Shown: positions 1 to 8,240 of the stretch, piece after piece | Position numbering within the stretch: the stretch's first letter is position 1 | Layout: each line of letters opens with the position of its first letter | Assembly (NCBI GenBank): GCA_963662665.2 | Contig: CAXXJS010000040.1 | Span: 64,001 to 128,000, forward strand | Length of the DNA: 64,000 nucleotides | Direction of reading: 5' to 3' | Origin: Candidatus Latescibacterota bacterium | GTDB taxonomy: Bacteria; Latescibacterota; UBA2968; GCA-2709665 | Notes under the pieces: generated by a model | What the model was told of the DNA's origin: nothing | Database searches by the model: none | Seen by the model: only the letters and a program-made list of their open reading frames with translations | Position numbers and translations under genes: made by a program

Positions 1-777
1 GTGTTCGGACGCGCACACCAGATCCACGTCTCCGTCCTTGTCCACGTCACCGGCGTCCACGCCGATCAGAGGGGGCAGGTCCACGCGAATCGGCACTTCC
101 TCCCAGGGCGTCGATCCGCGGATTTTCTGACGAAACCACCCCACTTTGTCGCCTGACTCCGATATGGAGGTGACCACGATGTCATCGAGATTGTCTCCGT
201 CGACGTCCGCAACCACGGCCCTGACCGGAAGCTCGAGCAGTTTCGAACGAAGGCTGAGCTTATGCCAGTCTTCGCCGTTGGAAGTCTCGTATATTACGGT
301 CTCGCCCGACAGATAGCAGGGGACGACAATGGCCGTATTTCCGCCGGCGGTGCGACGTACCACAACGGCGTCTTTCGGCGTAACCTGCCGATCGTCCAGC
401 GGATGGATACGAAACGCCAGTCCTGAATCGGGTTGGTCGGCCACGTTCTCCAGCCAGTAGACCATGCCGTATTCACGATCCCCACCCGGGTTCCGTTCCC
501 CTCCCGATTGAAAGGCGACCACGAGGTCCAGGTCGGCATCCCCGTCAAAGTCGGCCGCGTGGATGCCGTAGGAATTGGTCCCGGAAAGGGTTCCGCTTTC
601 GGCCTCCCGGAGGTCGATAACCCGCCACCTCGCGGCCGCATCGGCGCCCAATCCCCGGACGTTGGGACTGAGTGCCAATATTTCAGGAGGAACCTGGGCT
701 GCAGCGGGTTTGGCGACGGCGCAAGCAAAGACCGCGACCATTCCCACGAAAAATGCCCGGAAGCCGAAGTACGACAT
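1..777 (-). CDS. FG-GAP/VCBS repeat secreted protein (3' end runs off window)
   Basis: Not in ORF track; read manually. ATG at 777 overlaps upstream TAA, signal-peptide-like start MSYFGFRAFFVGMVAVFACAVA, then FG-GAP repeats AADFDGDADLDLVV, VYWLEN, AGDVDKDGDVDLV. Confidence 0.85.
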   Translation of the reverse strand, partial: MSYFGFRAFFVGMVAVFACAVAKPAAAQVPPEILALSPNVRGLGADAAARWRVIDLREAESGTLSGTNSYGIHAADFDGDADLDLVVAFQSGGERNPGGDREYGMVYWLENVADQPDSGLAFRIHPLDDRQVTPKDAVVVRRTAGGNTAIVVPCYLSGETVIYETSNGEDWHKLSLRSKLLELPVRAVVADVDGDNLDDIVVTSISESGDKVGWFRQKIRGSTPWEEVPIRVDLPPLIGVDAGDVDKDGDVDLVCASEH

Positions 778-2009
778 TATCGCCTCCCGGGCATCTTCGT
801 ATTGTGGATGCGCCCGCCGATTCCGCCCAAATCCGCCGGCATCTGTCCGGAAGTCCGATCCACGCCCGGTCGGAAGTCAGGAACCGTCACGACCCTGCTG
901 CCTTCCTCGATCGAATCTACGGCCAGCACCGCCGGGGCCATCGAATCCATCACTCTGTAAACGTCGAACGCGAGTGCCTTGCCTCCCAGGATCGCGTCCC
1001 GAAAATACATGTGCACATAGTAGTCGGCATCGCCGTGCCCGCTGTCCCGCGCCTCCGGGGGCGCGTCGGTCCGGCGGTACTGCCAGTCGACCTCCATCCA
1101 ATCGTTCATCTGTGTGTCCGCAAGCCACAATTTCGGCTTCTCTTTTCCGGACCGCCGCCATTCCACGCTTCCCTTCGTCCCGATCATCTGCCACCAGTGG
1201 TGGTCTCCGCTCGGCCTGGGCTGGTTGAACCCGTTCAGCATCCGGATCAACGTATCTTTCTCCGTCTTCATCAGCGCCACCTGGATATCGGCGTTGAGCA
1301 TTTCCGGCGTCGTATAGCTCGGTGGCGTGGTGCTCATTGCCGTCACCTCCATCACGCGGTCGTCGAGGATCTTCAGCAGAATACTCAGGTCGTACGAAGC
1401 CGAGATAATGTAGGGCAGATAATGCGGGCTTGCGGGTTCGGCCTCCGGGTGGTCGGAAAGCGCCTCAACCGGATACTGCTTGCCCGTGTTGAAATCCTGA
1501 AACCACTGATGGGTGCCGTAGTAACCCAGATACTGACCCTCGGCGTAAGTGATTTTTCCCAGCATCCCGTCGTCCACCAGTGTCTTCCAACCGTCCACGA
1601 ACCCCCAGAACCGCGTCTGCTCCGCCAGGCTGTAGACCAGCCCTGTACGCTCCACGTTCGTTACGATACGCCAGCACTCCTCCATCGTATAGGCCGCCGG
1701 CACCTCGCTGTTGACGTGCTTGCCTGCCTCCAGCGCCTCGGCGGCCATGGTTCCCTGCTCCAGTTGCCTCACCACCAGCGCCACCGCGTCCATGCCCTCG
1801 TACGCCAGGAAATCATAATAGTTGCCGAATACGCGCACGTCGTCGCGATAGGCAATCTCCGCCAGCGCCCGCTCCTGCAGCGGCTCGATCCAGTCGTAGA
1901 TCGCCGTGATCCGGTAACCGGGGGCGCTCTGAAGCAGCCGGATCCAGTGCAGCCCGCGGTGGCCCAGCCCGGCAACGCCGATTCTGATCTCGTCCATGGT
2001 CTTCCCCAT
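777..2009 (-). CDS. Gfo/Idh/MocA family NAD(P)-dependent oxidoreductase
   Basis: IRIGVAGLGHRG Rossmann motif, AGKHVNSEVP (EKP-like), C-terminal GHGDADY; close paralog of 6229..7419. Confidence 0.9.
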   Translation of the reverse strand: MGKTMDEIRIGVAGLGHRGLHWIRLLQSAPGYRITAIYDWIEPLQERALAEIAYRDDVRVFGNYYDFLAYEGMDAVALVVRQLEQGTMAAEALEAGKHVNSEVPAAYTMEECWRIVTNVERTGLVYSLAEQTRFWGFVDGWKTLVDDGMLGKITYAEGQYLGYYGTHQWFQDFNTGKQYPVEALSDHPEAEPASPHYLPYIISASYDLSILLKILDDRVMEVTAMSTTPPSYTTPEMLNADIQVALMKTEKDTLIRMLNGFNQPRPSGDHHWWQMIGTKGSVEWRRSGKEKPKLWLADTQMNDWMEVDWQYRRTDAPPEARDSGHGDADYYVHMYFRDAILGGKALAFDVYRVMDSMAPAVLAVDSIEEGSRVVTVPDFRPGVDRTSGQMPADLGGIGGRIHNTKMPGRR

Positions 2010-2062
2010 TCGTGTTGACGTTCACGCTTGCTCAGATTCTTTCATCGGAGATGGAAACCACG

Positions 2063-2980
2063 TTACAATGGAAACCGCTCACAGCCCAGCGCCTGCGCCA
2101 TCGCCCGGATGTGCGACGGACCCGCGCCGCAGCACGCGCCGATGAAGTTGATCCCCTCGGCCTTCGCCTTCAACGCGTATTGGGCCATCTCGCTGCCCGA
2201 TACGATCATCGACTCGCGAATCGCCGAATTGTTGGGGCCGGCATTCCGATAGCCCTGAGGCTGATAGGCGATGGGGATATCCACCGCCTCCCGCATCGCC
2301 AGGACCCCCGGCCACATGGTCATCGAATCGCCGGAGCAGACCAGGCCGACGATATCCGCGCCCTCGTCCGCCAGGACCCTCGCGCATTCCGCCGGCGTGG
2401 CGCCGTCCTGTGTCCGGCTGCTCGAGCCCATCAGCACCATCGCGGGCACGTCGATTTTCTTGCACCGCGACAGACACAGCCGGGCTTCGTCCAGCCGCGC
2501 GAACGTTTCCGGCACGAGAAGCCCGGCGCCCGCGTCCACCATCCAGGAGATGTGCTCGTCCCACTCCGCGCAGGCCCGCTCGCGGGCCTGCGCATTGTCT
2601 GGCCTGTATATGTACGGCCCCGTCCAGGACCCTGCTGCCGTCTGGTTCAGGCACCCGGCGACCAGGGCTTCACCGCCGGAAGCCTCCAGGGCCAGCCGGA
2701 TTGCCGTACGGGAAATCTCCTCGAGGCGCGCGCCCTCGCGGCTCGGGCGGTCGCCCGGTCTGTAGCGGCGTTCGAGTTGCGACCGGCTCGTCCACCACGT
2801 CTGCGCCTGCAGCACATGGGACCCGGCGCGGAAGAAATCCTGATGGATCTGACGCAGCGCGTCGGGATCTTCCAGGATCATCGCCGGGGTATCGTACCCC
2901 CGCCACCTCGCCTCGATGATCATCCCCCCGTCGCTGAGAACGACGCCCTCATCCAGCATATTCAATATGTCCCTGCCCAT
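2063..2980 (-). CDS. Homocysteine S-methyltransferase (BHMT/HMT) family protein
   Basis: VVLSDGGM, H-x-DFFRAGS, PETF, GLVC and FIGACCG Zn-ligand motifs; start moved to ATG 2980 behind AGGAGG. Confidence 0.88.
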   Translation of the reverse strand: MGRDILNMLDEGVVLSDGGMIIEARWRGYDTPAMILEDPDALRQIHQDFFRAGSHVLQAQTWWTSRSQLERRYRPGDRPSREGARLEEISRTAIRLALEASGGEALVAGCLNQTAAGSWTGPYIYRPDNAQARERACAEWDEHISWMVDAGAGLLVPETFARLDEARLCLSRCKKIDVPAMVLMGSSSRTQDGATPAECARVLADEGADIVGLVCSGDSMTMWPGVLAMREAVDIPIAYQPQGYRNAGPNNSAIRESMIVSGSEMAQYALKAKAEGINFIGACCGAGPSHIRAMAQALGCERFPL

Positions 2981-3061
2981 CCTGGCCCTCCTGTACAAGA
3001 ATCGTCCCCAAGTTCCAATACAACGTCCGACGCCGCTTAGCAGCAGTCCCCTCGTTGCTTA

Positions 3062-3988
3062 TTATCGCGGCCGGAGTTCGATGTACTTCCGCTCGCAGTC
3101 CAATGCCTGCGCAATCGAACGGAGGAGTCGCACGACCACCCCGTCCGATCCGCCCAGAAAACGGATATCGTGCGCAATCGCCTTTAGCGCGTACTGACCC
3201 AGCTCCATCCCGTAGACGTGCATGGCTTCCCGCATGTTCTTCCAGTGCGGCCTGTTGGTGCGATACCCGTTCGGCAGAAAGGCGATCGGCACGTCCACCG
3301 CGTCCCGCATTTCCAGCACCACGGGCCACAGGTCTTCCGGCTCCCGCATGCCGCCCCCACCCACGACGTCCGCGCCGTCGCCGGCCAGGACACGCGCGCA
3401 TTCGGCAGGCGCGACACCGTCGGCGGTCACTTCGTCCTCTCGAAGCCCGGGCTTGTTCAACCGCCCCTCCGGCAGTGCGACGTCCATCGATACCACAACC
3501 GGCAACGCGCTGTTCTTGCAGCAAGCCAGCGCCAGGCGCGCCTCGTCAAGCCGGTTGAATGATTCGCAGACGAGCAGATCCACGCCCGCGTCTGCCAGTG
3601 TTCCAACCTGTTCCTCCCACTCTGTCCGGGCGCGATCCGCGGATCCCGGGTCGTCAGCCTGAAAGGCCCCCGTTGGCGCCAGCGTCCCCGCCACGAGCGC
3701 CTCCCCTCCGGCCGCACCCTTCGCCAGCGCCACGGCCCTCCGGTTCAACTCGCCGACCGCGTCCCCTTTTCTCCGTTCGCCAAGCCCGGTTCGCGTACAC
3801 CGGCCCGTTAGGGACCGGATCACGCCGGCGCCTGCCCGGAAGAAATCCTGGTGGACCAGCCGCACCGCATCCGGGAAGTCCTCCAGTACCCACGGCGCCG
3901 GATATCCCCGCAGCCTCAGTTCCTCAACGTTTCCACCGTCTCCCAGCACAAACCCTTCCTCAAGGGCACCAAGAACGGACTCATCCAT
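3062..3988 (-). CDS. Homocysteine S-methyltransferase family protein lacking Zn-binding cysteines
   Basis: VLGDGG, VHQDFFRAGA, CESF present, but VVGGGG replaces GxNC and FLGGSDG replaces GGCCG; start ATG 3988 behind GGAGAGGAG. Confidence 0.8.
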   Translation of the reverse strand: MDESVLGALEEGFVLGDGGNVEELRLRGYPAPWVLEDFPDAVRLVHQDFFRAGAGVIRSLTGRCTRTGLGERRKGDAVGELNRRAVALAKGAAGGEALVAGTLAPTGAFQADDPGSADRARTEWEEQVGTLADAGVDLLVCESFNRLDEARLALACCKNSALPVVVSMDVALPEGRLNKPGLREDEVTADGVAPAECARVLAGDGADVVGGGGMREPEDLWPVVLEMRDAVDVPIAFLPNGYRTNRPHWKNMREAMHVYGMELGQYALKAIAHDIRFLGGSDGVVVRLLRSIAQALDCERKYIELRPR

Positions 3989-4203
3989 AAAACCGCTCCT
4001 CTCCTTTAACCATCTCATAAAACGCGTCAGAAAACCGGGTAGAGGGTAGACGTTAGACGGTAGAAGAAATCCTTGCTCTGCATCCTACTCTTCCCTGCCT
4101 CCGGCACGAAAAGAAACCTCACAAGGCAGGCAATCTCTCCCCTCTCCCGTCTTACGTCTCACCCGGTGGTCGGACGGCCGGGGGGAGGGGTGCCGTCGCT
4201 GCA

Positions 4204-6207
4204 TCAATGCCAGCTGTGTACCCTGTGCCCCGCGTGCGGGAACCAGATCGCATCCACAACCGAGCCCGCGATCACCGCCAGGATGTATCCCGTCAGGACC
4301 CCGATAAAGAAGGGCAGCGATCGCCTATAGAATGCCGTGCCGCCAATCCTGAGCATAAGGAATTTTATCAGCCACGCGACCAGGAGGGTGAGACTCTCCA
4401 GTCTGGTGAATATCGTGCCCGAAAGCGCGAACCCCACCGGGTGCAGTCGCCACCGGGGCAGCCGGTATCGCATCAGGTTCAGGGCCGTCATCACAACGAC
4501 GCCCGCGAAGAACAGCCAGTATTCCACGGCCAGGATCGGACGGGGGTTGCGCAGCGCGTCCACCGCCAGGGTGTAGTTCCATTCACCCTCGTGAAGAATC
4601 AACCAATTCGGTTGAAAATTGTACCCACCCATGGTGTAGGCCAGCCACACCGTATGGAGCGTCGAAACAACCGTGCCGACCATAAATGAACCGAAGACCC
4701 CCCAGAAAAGGCGCCGCTTGCCTTCCGGGATAAAATCGCCAAGACGGTTCACCTGCGCGATCACCGGCAGCGCGAAACTCCTGGGGTGGTTAACCGTGAA
4801 CGGCAGGAGGCTGGAGGCGGCGTTTGTGGAAGGACCCAGCCTGTGCGCCCCGCCCAGCGCGAACAGCGCGTAGTCCCAGGCCACCGCCGGCGGATCCACG
4901 TAGACGAGCCCGGAGTCGGCCACCACCTTCGCCACGCCCACGTACGTGATAAACATGGCCGGCGTCAGAACCAGAATCATAGCCGGCTCGATTCCGATCT
5001 GCGCGAGCCATGCCACAATGTACACGCAGCAGACAATCAGCCCGATCACGGCCGCACGATAGGATATCCACTCCCTGCTGTCATCCAGCGCGGACCCGCC
5101 CGGGCGAACCGCCTTCCGGAAGACCTCGCGCAGGTGCCCCCTGGAAATCCAGAGCCACCAGATGACCAGCGCCGCGAAGGCGCCGGCCGTCTGGAACTTG
5201 TAGCTCGTCAGGTTGTACGGGCCGGCGCCGTAGTGCGGGGACGTTGCCACCACGCCCAGTCGATTCAGAAGGCCGGCTTCAATCATATACAGGACGTCGA
5301 AGAACCAGATGCTGAAGAGCACTTCGAGATTGGCGAAATACGAAAAGCAAATGACGAATATGCTCAGATAGACGCAGAACGGGGGATAGTGTTTGGGCAG
5401 GAGATCCCACACGTATTGCATCCGGGTGTTCATCACCTTCGGAAAGGCGGGATAGAACCAGTGCACCATATTCAGCCAGAGAATCCCCGACGTCAGCCCG
5501 AACCCCGCCCAGAACGCCTTTCCTTTCATAAATTCCGGCAGCACCCGCGCCCCGGACCCGCTCCGGTTCGCCATCTCCAGTACCGGCGTCAGTGCCGGGT
5601 ACACCAGCTTTTCGTGGTCCGCCCACTGGCGATGCAGGATCACCGACACGCAGACGCAGGCGAACCCAAGGACGGCGATGAAGCCGAACCACCACAACAA
5701 CGGCCCCCACCAATCGTGCCAGGGAAGGGACATCCCGTTCGGGAGCCCTTCGAAGAACATGGTGATGGAATGCCGTTCGTCCGTTGATATCAGCCAGCCG
5801 GGGAGATGCGGGTGCAGATATTCCGACCACCGGTTCTCGGGCGTGGCGAAGTAGTAGGGAGCCACCAGCTGGCTGACGAGATATCCACTGATTCCGTAGG
5901 TGGGGCCCATGGCGCTTATCAGGGCCATGCCGAAAATTGTGATCCACTCCGCCGGAGCCAACACGAAACGCCGGCCGAACCATCGGGCAAGCGCGGCGCA
6001 GATCAGAATAGCCAGCAGAAAGAGCAGAAGGTCGCCCATCGGGATCAGGCTGATGGCCATGTACGACCCACGCTGGACGTAACGCATCGTATTGGCAAGC
6101 AGATTGACGGCTACGGACAGCCCGAGCCCGAATACGACCGCGCGAGTCGTTACGCCCGGGCTCGCGCGACGCCGGTTCCGCGGTTCTGCCGTGCCGCCGT
6201 TGGCCAT
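4204..6207 (-). CDS. DUF6785/DUF6784-like polytopic membrane protein (putative OPT-like transporter)
   Basis: 667 aa with many hydrophobic segments; motifs APYYFATPENRW, ILHRQWADHEKLVYP, WRLHPVGF, PFFIGVLTG recalled for this family. Confidence 0.7.
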   Translation of the reverse strand: MANGGTAEPRNRRRASPGVTTRAVVFGLGLSVAVNLLANTMRYVQRGSYMAISLIPMGDLLLFLLAILICAALARWFGRRFVLAPAEWITIFGMALISAMGPTYGISGYLVSQLVAPYYFATPENRWSEYLHPHLPGWLISTDERHSITMFFEGLPNGMSLPWHDWWGPLLWWFGFIAVLGFACVCVSVILHRQWADHEKLVYPALTPVLEMANRSGSGARVLPEFMKGKAFWAGFGLTSGILWLNMVHWFYPAFPKVMNTRMQYVWDLLPKHYPPFCVYLSIFVICFSYFANLEVLFSIWFFDVLYMIEAGLLNRLGVVATSPHYGAGPYNLTSYKFQTAGAFAALVIWWLWISRGHLREVFRKAVRPGGSALDDSREWISYRAAVIGLIVCCVYIVAWLAQIGIEPAMILVLTPAMFITYVGVAKVVADSGLVYVDPPAVAWDYALFALGGAHRLGPSTNAASSLLPFTVNHPRSFALPVIAQVNRLGDFIPEGKRRLFWGVFGSFMVGTVVSTLHTVWLAYTMGGYNFQPNWLILHEGEWNYTLAVDALRNPRPILAVEYWLFFAGVVVMTALNLMRYRLPRWRLHPVGFALSGTIFTRLESLTLLVAWLIKFLMLRIGGTAFYRRSLPFFIGVLTGYILAVIAGSVVDAIWFPHAGHRVHSWH

Positions 6208-6228
6208 GAGTCCCCCATGCGGTCACAT

Positions 6229-7419
6229 TCAGAGCAGCCCCACGCCGCCCGGGTCCGCCGGGGCCTGCCCCGCAGCCCGATCCCGGTTCGGGCGAAAGTC
6301 GGGAACCCGCATCAACCGGCTCCCCTCCTGTATCGAGTCTATCGCCCGTACCGCCGCGGCAACCGTATCCATGGCCCGGTACACGTCAAATGCCAGCGGT
6401 TTCCCTTTGAGGACGGCGTCTCGAAAGTGCATATGCACGTAGGAGTCCGCGTCGCCGTGGCCGCTGCCGCGCGCCTCAGGCGGCGCATCCGTGCGTTCAT
6501 AGCGCCAATCCACCTCCGTCCAGTCGTTCATCTGTGAATCCGCAAACCAGACTTTCGGCAATTCGCGGCGCGAACGCCGCCACTCCAGGCTCCCCTTCGT
6601 GCCAATCATCTGCCACCAGTGGTGATCTCCATGCGGGCGCGGCTGTGTATGACCATCCAACATGCGAATCAACGTATCCTTTTCGGTCTTCATCAGCGCC
6701 ACCTGCACGTCCGGCTTTCCGATTTGCGGATGCGCGTAGCTGGGCCTTTTTGTGCTCATCGCCGTTACTTCCGCCACGCGGTCGTCCAGGATCTTCAACA
6801 GGATGCTCAGATCGTACGAGGCGGCTATGATGGGCGGGGTGTCGTGGGGAAACGTGGGCCTGGCCTCCGGATGGTCGGACAACTCCTCGATGGAATATTG
6901 TTTCCCCGTGCCGTAGTCCTGGAAAAACTGGTGTGTGCCGTAATACCCGACGTATTGACCCTCAGCGTAGGTGATTTTGCCCAGCCTGCCGTCGTCTACC
7001 AGGCGCTTCCATCCATCCACGAACCCCCAGAAACGCGTCTGCTCGGCGAGGCCGTAGACCAACCCCGTACGCTCCACGTTGGTTACGATGCGCCAGCACT
7101 CCTCCATCCTGAACGCGCCCGGCACCTCGCTGTTCACGTGCTTGCCCGCCTCCAGCGCCTCCGCCGCCATGCGTCCCACCTCACGCTGCCTCACCACAAG
7201 CCCCACCGCGTCCATTCCCCGGTACGCCAGGAATTCCTCATAGTTGCCGAACGCCGCCACGTCGTCCCGATAGGAAATCTCGGCAAGGGCTCGTTCCTGC
7301 AACGGTTCGATCCAGTCGTAGACCGCCGTAATCCGGTAACCTGGAATTTTCTGGAGCAGCCTTATCCAATGCAGCCCCCGGCCGCCCAGGCCCGCGATCC
7401 CAATGCGTATTTCTTCCAT
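6229..7419 (-). CDS. Gfo/Idh/MocA family oxidoreductase
   Basis: IRIGIAGLGGRG, AGKHVNSEVP, GHGDAD; long stretches identical to 777..2009; start MEEIRIG at 7419. Confidence 0.9.
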   Translation of the reverse strand: MEEIRIGIAGLGGRGLHWIRLLQKIPGYRITAVYDWIEPLQERALAEISYRDDVAAFGNYEEFLAYRGMDAVGLVVRQREVGRMAAEALEAGKHVNSEVPGAFRMEECWRIVTNVERTGLVYGLAEQTRFWGFVDGWKRLVDDGRLGKITYAEGQYVGYYGTHQFFQDYGTGKQYSIEELSDHPEARPTFPHDTPPIIAASYDLSILLKILDDRVAEVTAMSTKRPSYAHPQIGKPDVQVALMKTEKDTLIRMLDGHTQPRPHGDHHWWQMIGTKGSLEWRRSRRELPKVWFADSQMNDWTEVDWRYERTDAPPEARGSGHGDADSYVHMHFRDAVLKGKPLAFDVYRAMDTVAAAVRAIDSIQEGSRLMRVPDFRPNRDRAAGQAPADPGGVGLL

Positions 7420-7449
7420 GTTCGCCCTTCCGGAACCCGTTTGCAAACT

Positions 7450-8196
7450 TCAATCGAGTTGAAAACGGATGTAGATAAACATGCGCACCTCAACAGCCTC
7501 CTGGTTCTGGTACCCGGGGAGATACCGGAAACCCGACAGGGCGTCCAGAGATGCTTTGTGAAACTGCTCGTGCCCTTTTTTTACCACGCCGTCTTTGACC
7601 CGGCCGTCCTTACCCACGGTAAACTCCATCAGGACGACACCTTCCAGTCCCGCACGCCGGGCCTCTTCAGGATACGCCGGATCCACCTGTTTGAGCAGTC
7701 TGGGTTTTCGTTCCACCAAACGCGACGGGTAGACCACTTCCCCGTCCACTTCCTCATCCCGAAACGGGGCCGGGACCAGGGAGTCCGAGGGCGCAGAAAG
7801 GCGTATCGATACCGCGTCGAAGTCGAGCTCGGCGGTTGCGGCAACCTTCATCTCTTCGGGCAGCAGGTCGCGACTATCGGTTTCGAGGGGCACCGGCGGC
7901 CGTACAAGAGGCGGGACCCTCATGCCCTGTCGGGTTTCCGGTACCTCTGTAACCTGGATCAGTATCGGATGTTTCACGGAGGCTGGCGTGCGGAGCCTGA
8001 AAGCCGGGAAAGTAAAGGCGACGGCCGCGTGAAGGGCGAGCGAAATCCCGACGCACAGGGGGAAGACCTTTCGATACTTCGCCTTCAAGTCCGCTTCGGG
8101 ACGCCTGGTGCGGATGACATTTCCGGTTATCCAGGGTCTGGGAGGCAGCTCCTGTGGCATCGTACCCTCCACGCTGCCTGAACGGCCGGCGTACAT
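7450..8196 (-). CDS. tonB: Energy transducer TonB
   Basis: N-terminal TM with SLALH, Pro-rich linker, C-terminal YPEEARRAGLEGVV..FTVGKDGRV TonB_C domain. Confidence 0.88.
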   Translation of the reverse strand: MYAGRSGSVEGTMPQELPPRPWITGNVIRTRRPEADLKAKYRKVFPLCVGISLALHAAVAFTFPAFRLRTPASVKHPILIQVTEVPETRQGMRVPPLVRPPVPLETDSRDLLPEEMKVAATAELDFDAVSIRLSAPSDSLVPAPFRDEEVDGEVVYPSRLVERKPRLLKQVDPAYPEEARRAGLEGVVLMEFTVGKDGRVKDGVVKKGHEQFHKASLDALSGFRYLPGYQNQEAVEVRMFIYIRFQLD

Positions 8197-8240
8197 GGGC
8201 TCATCGCGCGTTCAGGGTGCGCGCCGCGAATCAATGCCGA

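Noticed and set aside
4035-4165. Short 7-mer-like repeats (GGTAGA/GTTAGA and TCTCCC/TCTTAC) between genes
   Set aside because: Too short and degenerate to assign a function; may only form a weak hairpin.
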